64,000 nucleotides of DNA from Gnetum montanum (taxonomy: Eukaryota; Plantae; Gnetophyta): NCBI GenBank assembly GCA_015680685.1, contig MNCI01002813.1:1198048-1262047 (forward strand), in the 5' to 3' direction. The translations under genes and the position numbers were made by a program. Positions 1 to 11,102 of the stretch are shown one piece after another; within the stretch, counting starts at the first letter, position 1, and every line of letters starts with the position of its first letter. Below the pieces are notes generated by a model. The model worked only from the letters and a program-made list of their open reading frames with translations, was not told where the DNA came from and searched no databases.

Positions 1-683
1 ACGCCTGCCTGATACAACGTATACGTATAGCAGATGTAATATATTGTACATTTGAAAATTTTATGCTTTTGCACTCGGTCAACTTGCCACATGTCGCCCA
101 ACTCGAGTCTAGCGTAACAACCGGTATAAAAACCCCTATTTTTCACTTGATCCAGGTCGGCTGGCAAAAATCTTGGAGCATACCAAATAACAATTACGCT
201 GAGCACCAGAGCTAAAAACCCTTTACACTGGACAACCTTGTACGCTGAGCATACAACCTCTATGCTGTGCCTATAGTGAACCAGCTCGCCGTCATCCTTG
301 CATCCACTGGGACTTTTCGTCTGCCTTGTACTCTCACTCTGTAATGCCATTGTTACATCCTCTTCCCAAGATCGTTTATAGTTTACATTAATATTTTGCA
401 TGTGTTCTGTTTACGTCATTTACGCTTACACTCTGTTCGCATTTCTTATACTTTTTATACTTTGTTTTACGCCCGCTACGCCATTTACGTATAACCTAGC
501 GAATAAGACTTCGGTGTACATTCGAGAAAATCCTTGTTTGATCTGCGTGCGAACCACCCAAGGTACTCTACCTTCGTGCATTCCAGCTCACTCTCAGGCG
601 AAGGTAGGGTCTTCTGTGCATGTCTAGTGATCCCACGGTCTTTGTTTCCTTCCAGCTGAAGACTGATGATTTCGGACGGTACA
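1..683 (+). repeat. 5' LTR of Tat1 (partial)
   Basis: Aligns to 11573-12280; both end ...GACGGTACA; lacks a ~35-nt segment present in the 3' LTR near 11891-11925. Confidence 0.93.
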
Positions 684-688
684 GAAAT

Positions 689-705
689 TGGCACTAGAAG
701 GAGGG
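689..705 (+). other. Primer binding site, tRNA-Asn
   Basis: TGGCACTAGAAGGAGGG, one G>A from TGGCGCTAGAAGGAGGG (complement of the plant tRNA-Asn 3' end); 5 nt after the LTR. Confidence 0.85.
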
Positions 706-1387
706 CCTGCCTAAAAACCTTATCTACAAAATTTCCAGCGTTTACATCATCGACAACATGTTGCTTCCTACTGAAAACCTCCCAGCGTCTACGTTGCCTG
801 GTTTGAAAACCTAGTCTGTAGATTGTCCAGCGTCTATGTTGTTCAGTGTGCACGCTGCTTTTGTTAAAACTCACCATCCTCAAGTCTCTCAGCGTTTATG
901 CTGTTGATCATACACTACACATTTTAAGCTGTAGATTTTCCTTACGCCATACATAAGACTGCTAAATTTTACGCTGCATATTTCACTTACGCTACATATT
1001 TTACTTATGCTGCATATTTTACGCTATGCTGTCGTCAATTTACGCTACGCTCTTTACTTTGTAGACTCTGTCTACACTGCAGACCAACTTTTTCCCTGTT
1101 GTTCTGTCTACGCCGCATTCTTTACACCATACATTTTGTTTACGTTGTCCAGTTTATACTGCATTCTACATGCTGTAACCCAGATTTACGCTCTACCCTG
1201 ACATTGTATACGTTGCCTAGCGTATATGCTGTACGCCTTATGCTATAGAGTTGTCTACGCTGACCCTATACGCTCCATCCTTATACGTTGTATACGTTGT
1301 CCTTATACGCTAGCAGTTTTACGCTTTACGTTGCACAATACACTAATTTCACATCTCTAGATTGTGTCATACCGTCAACAGGTCATC

Positions 1388-3781
1388 ATGAACCCCGTAA
1401 ACACCACTGCCACAACCACTCAAGGCGTTGACATTGTAGGTACCATGGCTGTCCAATAGCTCGTTGTTCAACAGCTGACAGCACAATCCACAGTAGGGCC
1501 TTGCCAATCTCTAAGGTTGCAAGGGAGGAATCCAACCTCCAACATTATAACCCAAGACCATTACAACTTCATATGTGTAAAGATGCAAGCTGGCCTGGTC
1601 ATAGATCAAGCCGAAATGGAGGTAAAGAGGCAACATGAACTCTTCTACAGGGGGGGACACGAATTCATCCCTTCCCTGTACGATATAATCCCTGTTCCAG
1701 AATAATACTCAGAGCTCATCACGCAACTCCTCCTGCAAAGGAGCCAGTCGTTGGATCAGTCTGCAGTAGATCCCCAACCGGAAGAGGAAGATGAGTTCGC
1801 GGCCCAATCAGAACACGAGGACTCCTATCACACCCTTAGCCCACAAAATCACATCAATCCCATGTTTCATTCAGGCACAGGGGAAACTATGCCCCTCCAA
1901 CACCTCAGGTTCACCCAGGCGCAAGTGCCCCCACCAGAAAGATCAGTGCTCATTCATGTTCCTCCTCCGAGCTACCCGCAAACCAACACATTCCCTCTCG
2001 CAATCATCCCCGCTGCAGCTGCCGGCCCATCCTCACAAGCACCACCCTCGCACGATAACATGGGAGCGACCTTCTCACCTCAAGTGATAGGGATGCCACA
2101 TGTAATACTGGAATCCACGTCCGCCCACTACATTCCTCACATCCAAACGTACGGAGCCCCCTCGACCACCGTAACCCAACAGGGAGTCCCTTCGCACAAC
2201 GTGGCTGGGCAATGGCTAGCGATGGGTGTGCCATCACACCAACTCTCCCACCACAACATGCCATCTCACACACTTCCACCAGTTAACGTTCCCTAAATAA
2301 GACTGCAACCACAGCAACAACAACCTCCCATATATAATGTGCCATCCCTAGTGCCACATGCTATACACGTCCCACAAGTACAACCGCCCACTACGCAGCT
2401 TTCAGCATTTCAACCCACCATTCAACAATCTAACCTGTACACAGCACCACACCCACAAGCCGTCACCTCACCTAGCGTCCAAGATTGGGCGGATGCTAAA
2501 AAATTAATGCAGGAACTAACTGACAAGGTTAAACACCTCAAAACGACTGCTGATGGAGAGTTGAAGGTAGTGGAGTTTTACCACAATGACCCCATCAACT
2601 CTTCCGTACCGCCCTTAACTCTACCCAAAGGTATATCTTTGCCAACACTGACCAAATATAACGAGGAGACAGACCCCAATGCTTACCTAATAACATTTAG
2701 ATTAGAGTGTGCGTTACTCCAAGCATGGCCCCATGCCATTCTCCGTGTGTTCCCCATGTCCCTCACAGGGAGAGCACTTGATTGGTATTAGGCCCTGTCG
2801 AGGAATTGCATCTTTTCATTGGAAGAGTTGTTACACTAGTTCATGACTTGGTTCAAGTATAACTTGAAACCTAAAGCGACATTGGACAACCTCATACAGG
2901 TTAAACAAGCACCTCTTGAACTTGTATAGAATTTTATTCAGAGGTGGAGTACTACTCTCAACAAGCTACACGAACCAATCCCCCAGACATACCTGCTTAC
3001 TATTCTAAAAAGAGCCATTAATGACTTTTTAAAATCCAAATTGTACTATCTTAATGCACGAAACCTTAACCAAGCTTTTGTATAAATCAAAAACATAGAA
3101 GAGGCGACTCAAAACAGCCACGACCTTGCATACTTAGCCTTTAAAAATCAACACACTAAAAAAGATAAAGAGAAGGCTAAAGCAATTATAGCAGTAATAA
3201 CAGGAGTGCAACAAGCAAACGTGGCACACCAAAGTAAACCGCCTACAACCCCTACTAACTACAATAAACCTATTCCCACAACCGCGCTGAAATCATCATC
3301 ATCACAAAACCCAACAACCCAATCACATCCGACTGATCGACCACAACCCTGCCTGGCTCCATATGTAGTAAGAATCCTAGGGCAACTCGAGGCTCCAAGA
3401 CCAGCTCCACCCCCACACCACACTCGAGAATGCTTAACGGATAGGCTTACCCATGAACGTGTGGAGAAGGAACGCCAACGATTAGCTGTGGGGCCACCCA
3501 AGCCCATTTCACTTAACTCCATACCCATGACGTCGCCTAACAACCAACCGAGCGCAGGCAATGAAGGTGAATCATCTGAAAAACATGAACCATCTAAAAT
3601 GAAGGCTTCGAGCAAAAATGACAAATCAACAAAACACGAAATAAAACTGTTGGGCCCAATGGACCCAGTCATCGTCGATAAAAACGTACCCAACAGTAGA
3701 GACTTCGCAATAGCTTTAACACAAGTCACGCAAGCACTTAAGCAAAAGAACACTTCACTAAGCTTGCTGATTTGGTTCTAA
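1388..3781 (+). pseudogene. gag: Tat1 gag (long P/Q/H-rich N-terminus, Retrotrans_gag core)
   Basis: ORF pieces 1517, 1751, 2339 and 3206 share a frame with the ATG at 1388; LPTLTKYNEETDPNAYL...RVFPMSLTGRALDWY; stops are TAG/TAA. Confidence 0.85.
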
Positions 3782-4684
3782 CATCCCAAACACATCGAGA
3801 AGCTTTGGTACGTATGTTAACATCGATCCCAGTAAGCGAGGACTTGCCTCCAAATGAACCCTTCATTCATGCGGTAATGTACTCGCCTCATGAGATAACT
3901 CCTAAATCATTAAGCTTCCATAACGACAACATTAAGGTGGACAAGAAAACAGGGGAGATAACGATAGCCCCCATGTTCATAACGATACGTATAAACCAGT
4001 TCAAGATACATAGGGTCCACGTAGATGATGGAGCTGCCACAAATGTAGTACCATACCCCATCATTGAACAACTAGGGCTTACTGAGTTAATCAAACCAAT
4101 AGCAACTACATGTTTAAAATCATTCAAAGGGTCACGTGTGATGGTCAAAGGCACAATGACCTTAGACTTCATAACGAGGGATCAATTTCCCACATCCACC
4201 GATTTCCTAGTTATCGATGAAATGCCAGGATTCAACTTAATATTAGGAAGACCCTGGTTGGCCCAACTAAAAGCGGTTTCATCCCCTATACACCAAGAGA
4301 TTCACCTACCTTATAAAGGTGGTGAAATCATCATACATGGGGAAGCCGCTACACCTATTATCTCATCACACATGGACACGGACCAAGGCTCAAAGGTCGA
4401 GCTCAAGGAGCCTAAACGAAATGATAAAAATGCTCAACAACTGGTAAGAAGTAAGCCTTTAAACACGAAACAAGATCCACCTAAAATGGAAACACCTACA
4501 TCTAACATTGTACATACACCATCTCAATTAGAAACTCACACAGAACTCATGCCAACTATCGAAACATTTGAAAACACTAACACAAGAACCACTCCATCAG
4601 ACGTCCCTTGGACCGAATTACCATTTAACGTGATTAGCGAAGGGAACACTGAATACAAAATCATACCAGCTAATACATCGCCTG
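3772..4684 (+). pseudogene. pol: Tat1 aspartic protease and linker
   Basis: RVHVDDGAATNV and FNLILGRPWL motifs. Confidence 0.88.
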
Positions 4685-4757
4685 ACATAAAAATAAAAAG
4701 AATAAAAAAACTATTAAAATAAAAAGAATAAAAAACTATTAAAATAATACCATCTCC

Positions 4758-4990
4758 ATCGTCCGAAATGATGTTAAACTACAGTTAGTCCGAAAGGACG
4801 TTAAACTACCATGTTCGCAAAGACATAAAACTAGCCATGACCAGCAATGGTCAGTCAACTTAGAAATACGCCCGCGTCATCCAAACTGTTTCCTCTTTGT
4901 GCATCTAGCCCGAAATCTCCTTAAACTATGCAGGGGGCCCGAAATGACCTGAAACTATGCATTTGGCCAGAAATGGCCTTAAACTAGTTC
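4758..4990 (+). repeat. Coremin-like motif array A1 (~6 units)
   Basis: GTCCGAAATGATGTTAAACTAC, GTCCGAAAGGACGTTAAACTAC, GTTCGCAAAGACATAAAACTAG, GGCCAGAAATGGCCTTAAACTAG. Confidence 0.85.
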
Positions 4991-5863
4991 ATGCACTTAT
5001 ACTTTGTTTCCCTTTTTCGCTTAGCATTTATAATTACATCTACACAGTACGTTTAAAATAGAAAAATAGGCCAAAACATTTTACATTGCCACGCCATGTG
5101 CACAATTAAACTCAAAATCAACCAAAAAATTTCTTACATGTAATGATGTACAATTACAAGTGTCAACTGTTTTCATCAATCTCAAAATTTCCAAGTTACA
5201 ATTCTCATATAAATTTGAGTCAAAAAACAACAAAAACTAAACACTTTTTAATCAAAACACTAAGCATTCGAGACTGGAGGATCGTCTCCTTTAGACCCAC
5301 CAGCATCAGGGGCCCCTGCTCCACTGGGGCCAGCCTCTTGGACATCATCACCACCTTCATCCTAAAAGTAAAAAAGGAAACAACCAATGTAAGAATAAGA
5401 GAACGTAAAAAATTTAAACATTATTCAGTAAAATAACTTCATAATGACAAAATGCTTACCATAGGATATCCACCTAAGTCGAATTCCAAGTGACAAATGA
5501 TTTTCTCTTCTGAAGCGTTGGCCCAATCAGTCCCATCAAGGCCTAAGTCGACATCTGCTAGAGTCTTTCCTTTGTCGACAGCCAACTAGGTAGGATGTTT
5601 CAGAGGAAATTCACCCACCGACACTTCCCCAGAAGCAGTTGTATCACCCTTGTAGGCGACTCCATTTCCACAGTTGTATTTTGGGTAAAAGTATCAAAAG
5701 CAAAACGCAGACCCAAACCTTCTACAAACATCTCTAGTTGGCGCTTTTCAATGGACACTTCTTTTAACGACTTCTTATAGTGATGTTTGTGATTCTTCAC
5801 ATCCTACCCCCCTATGAACCCCATTTCATGTGTTTACGCCGAATATTCCAACGTAAGCCGTTA

Positions 5864-6018
5864 CAGCCTGGTACGACCTTAAACTGCCGTTACGGCCCGG
5901 TATGGCCTTAAACTATCGTTATGGCCTGGTAAGGCCTTAAACTGCCACCTGTGAATTATGTTATGGCCTGATAAGGTCTTAAACTGCCACTTAAGGCCTG
6001 GTAAGGCCTTAAACTACC
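5864..6018 (+). repeat. Motif array A2 (5 units of GGCCTGGTAAGGCCTTAAACTRCC)
   Basis: Direct tandem repeats visible in the sequence. Confidence 0.9.
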
Positions 6019-6028
6019 ACCCGTCCTG

Positions 6029-9000
6029 GTGTGACGATAATCCACGATTATGCATGTACACGTGATTTGAAATTACCAACGAACCTAGAACGATACCCAT
6101 TAGCTCATTCAGCTCTCTGTTTATTGGCAAGAGCAAGTTCGATGGATTTCCAGCATTCAACCGCACCATTAATCATTGACGGACCATATGGCAAAATTGC
6201 AAGAGACATTAACATAAACCTCATCAACTTAAGTTCACCACCGGACGACGTAGCCATAGCCTCAACACAGCAAACAACAGACGATTACAAAGGCATGACA
6301 AAACTCCTTGACATAGAAGTCGAAAATATCACTGAAGACCCGTTGGCTGAAACACACATCACCATGCCTGATGGGGAAATTAAAATATTAAAATTAAGCA
6401 CATTACTACAACCGCAATTGGCCAAAGACATCGAGAACGTGCTTAGGGAAAACATGAAAACATTCGCTTGGTCTTACACGGATATGCCTGGGCTAGATCC
6501 TCAAATTTTCCAGCACAATATTATTCTTGATCCGAAATTGAGACCAGTAAAATAAAAGGCACGAAAGATTAAACCCGAGGTGGCATTGGCAGTTCACAAT
6601 GAGATCACCAAGCTTTATCAAGCTGGTTTCATTTGGGCTGTTGATTACACCAAGTGGGTATCCAACATGGTCATTGTCCCGAAGAAGAACGGAAGCATTC
6701 GCTTATGCATTGACTTCTGGGACTTAAACGTAGCAACCATAAAAGATGACTTTCGCCTACCTAGCATCGATCAACTCGTTGACTCGACTGTTGGGCACAC
6801 CTTATTGTCTTTTATGGACGGCTTCTCGAGATACAATCAAATACGTATCAACCCAGAACATCAGCTTCGGACAACCTTCATGACACCATGAGGAACCTTT
6901 TGTTATACAATGATGTCCTTTGGCCTCAAGAATGTTGGGGCCACATATCAAAGAGTGATGACATTTATCTTTAGCAACTACATGTTACAATCGCTCAACG
7001 ACTATGTGGACGACATTGTGGTTAAGTCAAAAACATCAAAACAACATGTACAAGACCTTGATCTAGTACTAAAACGTTGTTTAAAATACGAATTGAGGCT
7101 TAACCCCAAGAAATGTGTCTTCGACATAAAAACAGGCAAAATGCTTGGATTTATAGCCTCAGAAGCAGGGATACAGGTGGATCCTGATAAGGTTAAGGCC
7201 ATAACAAACTTGAAACCACCAGGCAACCTTACCAAACTTCAAGGTCTACAAGGTAGATTGTAGTTTATCAGCTGCTTCATAGAAAAACTAACAGACAAAC
7301 TAAAACCTATGAACCACCTATTACGCAAAAACATCCATTTTTAATGAACTCCACAGTGTCAAGAAGCATTTGATAACATTAAAATAGCACTTGCCCGACT
7401 ACCCACGGTTTATCCACCTCAAAATGATAAACCATTTTACATCTACCTTGTCACTTCGGATTCATCAATCGCATCCATGATTTGCTAGAAATAAGATGAC
7501 GGAACCGAGGTCCCTGTATATTACTTGAGCCATGCATTAGTTGCCCATGAGAAAAGGTACAACGACATGGAGAGATCATGTTTAACTTTGGTCTTTTCTT
7601 TAAGAAAATGGCGACATTACCTTTTCCGCAACCAAGTTAACATAATTTGTAAGGATAATGTGCTAAGGGCCATAACAGGAAACATTTACGAAACAAGTCG
7701 AATAGCCCATTGAAAAGCCATGATAGCTAAGTTTGACCTGTACTATGTAGCACAATCATCCGTCAAGGGTCAAGCCATAGCAAGTCAGATGGCCACGTCA
7801 CCAACACACGATCAAGCGACAATAGAGCCAAAATTCTCGGATGAGAATATAAGTGCAATAGATATAGTGCCCAATGACTAAAATGCCATTCTAAACTTTG
7901 ATGGAGCATCCACCTCCCGAGGGGGAAGTGCAGCCGCTATCATCACCTACCCCTCCAGGGAGATTTGACCCTTTGCTTATCGTTTCAACTTTCACTGTAC
8001 CAACAACATAGCAGAGTACGAAGGTTTCCTTAGAGGTCTCGCGGCAGCACTAGCTTCAGACATCACACGATTGGTAGTCAGAGGGGACTCACAATTGGTC
8101 TTAAACTAGGTTACAGATGTTTATACATGTAAAGCCCAACATTTACAACCATACTGTGACTTAGCAAAACACCTAATGAGGTGATTTGAAAACACCGATG
8201 TGAAACACGTCTCTAGAAATGATAACACCATTGCAGACGCATTAGCCACATTAGCCTTAAACATATCGTCAGACACGTTCCACGCATTGCCAAGCTCTGT
8301 AATCAGTTGTGTTGAACCAATAACCAATACTCTTGACGCATTGCCAATTGCATCTATTAGTACAACACGCGCAGTAGAATGGTACAACGACATAAAAGAA
8401 TACCTTCTATGCGGAAAAACACCACAACATCTAACAAATGCACAAAAGGACGCAGTGCGGAAACGTTTTAAGTAGTATACCTTAGTAGGGGACACCTGTG
8501 TCGTCGATCCTACGAAGGCATATTGCTAACATGCGTTAGTAGTACCGATGCCCAAAGCATTATTGAACAAGTACATGAGGGACTATGCAGAGGACACATA
8601 GCACCAAAAGCCATGGCAACGAAAATAAGACATTTAGGCTACTATTGGCCACATATGGAATATGACTGTATCTCCAAGGTCAAAACATGTAACATTTTCC
8701 AAAAACATAGTAATCTAATCCATGTCCCACCAAATGAGTTGCACACGACGCAAATCACGTGGCCCTTACAAAAGTGGGGGTTGGACCTTGTCGGCCCAAT
8801 AACACCCTCATCCCCTACGGGGCATGGTTTTATTATAACCGTGACAGAATATTTCACGAAGTGGGTAGAAGCTGCTCCCCTTCGAAAGACCACATCTAAA
8901 CACGTGTGCAATTTCATTCTTGAAAATATTGTAACCCGCTTTGGCATTCCCATGACAAGCATCACTGACAACGGGCCAAAATTTAGCAGTGCTGAGACCA

Positions 9001-9617
9001 AAACCTTTTGTGACAGTCTAGGGATCAAACACTCATTTTCATCCCCTTACTATCCTCAGAGCAACGGGCAAGCAGAGGCAACAAACAAAATGATTATCAT
9101 AATACTTAAAAGGATGCTTATCCAAAGCAAGAGAAAGTGGCACAAACAATTGATATACGCATTGTGGGCATACCGTACTACGCATAAAACTTCAACGGGT
9201 AAGACACCATACAGTCTTGTTTATGGTTCAGAAGTTGTTTTACCTTTGGAATTATAGGTATCGCCTTTAAGGATCACACTTTCCAGACTCCTCGACGATG
9301 GGCAAAACAATGATCTACATATCATTGACCTCAACTCGGTGGAAGAGGAATGCATACGTGCGCTCAATTAGATCGAATGGTACCAAAAATAACAATGGCA
9401 GCGATATCGATATGATCTCAACAAGCTCCCTATCAAAGAAGGTGATCTTGTGCTTAAAGCTGTTCGGGAACACGCGGACAAATTCTCAGCCAACTAGGAA
9501 GGGCCTTACCTAGTCACTAAAGCATTTGACAATGGAGCATTCAAGCTAGCTAACATGGCGGGAAACGAGCTTGCCAATCCAACCAATCACTTATTCCTGA
9601 AACTGTTCTACATTTGA
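6029..9617 (+). pseudogene. pol: Tat1 pol: RT, RNase H, archaeal-type RNase H, integrase
   Basis: FAWSYTDMPG, IRLCIDF, YVDD (7003); aRH NFDGAS...TNNIAEYEG...VRGDSQLV...ADALA (~7880-8270); INT WGLDLVGP, TDNGPKF, YYPQSNGQAEA; several stops and frameshifts. Confidence 0.95.
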
Positions 9618-9637
9618 GTACAAGCTCATGTACGTGC

Positions 9638-10043
9638 AAGTCCTAGAATCATGGCTATTAACTGATACCACAGCTCGTCCTGGAATCACGACTATAAACT
9701 GATACCACAATTCGTCCTAGAATCATGATGGTAAACTGATACCACACCATAGTCCTGGGTTATGACTTAAAACTGACACCACAACTGTCCAAGGATCATG
9801 ACGATAAACTGATACCACACAGTGTCCACAATGACGATAAACTAGCAACAGTCTGGCATGACAGTAAACTACCATCGTTGCATTCGCCAGAGTTCGCTAA
9901 GACTATAAACTCGTTCACCTCTTCATGGTCCGCTAAGGCTAGAAACTGGCAATGTGATGTCCTCCACGACACTAAATGGGCAATGTCCAACGGGTTATGA
10001 CATAAAACTAACCCATGATAGTCTGCTAAGACCATAAACTGGC
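9638..10043 (+). repeat. Motif array B (12 units) in the Tat1 3' region
   Basis: Units of GTC-C-N3-9-NGAC-NNTAAACT with variable linkers, starting ~20 nt after the pol stop. Confidence 0.9.
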
Positions 10044-11089
10044 AAGTTCATCTCCAAGTCCACAATTTGCGGCCATTCATTCATCAGAATCGCTACATCG
10101 CTCACCATCAGACGATCTTACTAGCATTGCTTTCATCTACATACAGTGCCTGCAATCTCCCTCAACATCTTTGTTCCATCTGCAGCCGTGTAAGTCTAAG
10201 CTCGCTTATTCACTCATGGTTTTCTTGTCTCCTTGGAGTTATGTTTGCAGGATGACACCTAGAGGTTTCGCACAAGAATGTACTTTGTCATAAGCAGCAA
10301 GATAAGACAATGTTCACGGCACACATGGCAAGACTAAATCAAACCACTCACTAGTACACTCCCATTTCCCGGTACATTCACTATCTGTTCACCGACACAC
10401 TCTCCTCAGCCACACCTCCGATACATCAAATACATTCAAAACTTTAAACATGTTGTTGCACACTGTAACACTTTAAAGTAGTTGCAACACATAGCATAGC
10501 ACTTGAGCATGAGTACAAAATCAAAGCAAAGCTTCTTCCCAAAAAAAACGAGATCCTTGGCACTTCCCATATAAGCCCCAAGCAAGAAGGTAGTTGTCTT
10601 GAAACTAGGTACCCATGTCCAAAATAGTCAAGAAGCATCCAATTGCATGGCTTTGGCTCTCCGCCAACAGGTTCTCCCCTCAACACTAAAAAGGAGGCCC
10701 TATTCCTCCAAAGCATGTAACACATCCTCCTGTGGCTTTGGTTTTGCCAACAAGTCCTCTTGAACACTAACCAAGAGTCTTATTCCACCGAAGGACGCAC
10801 ATCACACGTTTGAATTCCGAGTCTACTAAATACTGGCTATTGACAAGGATCGACATGCCGCATATCCAAGCATCCCCTTTCCCCAGCACAATCCCTTAGG
10901 CAATCATCTGTCCCCACCATCTCTATCCTCCTACCAGCTACAAATCTCACTTTCTTGATCCCATGTACTACTGAACATGATGCGATGATGTCTAGTCAAG
11001 TGGCAATGGACAAAGTCTCTATCAAGTTGCTTGTGGTGTTTTGCACTTCTTTGTCGACGCTTCTCAGGTCGATTCCTCCAAGCGTCAAC

Positions 11090-11102
11090 AAAGAGGGGCC
11101 AA
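11090..11102 (+). other. Polypurine tract of Tat1
   Basis: AAAGAGGGGCCAA immediately before TGAAACACC; an equivalent tract precedes 15121. Confidence 0.75.

Larger units (their letters stand above)
4685..6028. mobile_element. 1,344-bp inserted cassette: two repeat arrays flanking an antisense spliced ORF remnant
   Basis: CCTG at both junctions (4681-4684, 6025-6028); removing it restores the frame NTSP|GVTIIH. Confidence 0.7.

Noticed and set aside
3259-4172. Minus-strand ORFs of 164 and 94 aa (also 8642-9028)
   Set aside because: Shadow frames of gag-pol with no independent motifs
4685-6028. Ogre-type sense intron or LINE/SINE insertion
   Set aside because: No GT-AG at the junctions; the A-rich tract is at the 5' end on the + strand, the wrong place for a poly(A) tail
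9638-10043. CRISPR array (conserved core with variable spacers)
   Set aside because: Cores are short and degenerate, neighbouring linkers are related, no cas genes are present, and the context is a eukaryotic LTR element
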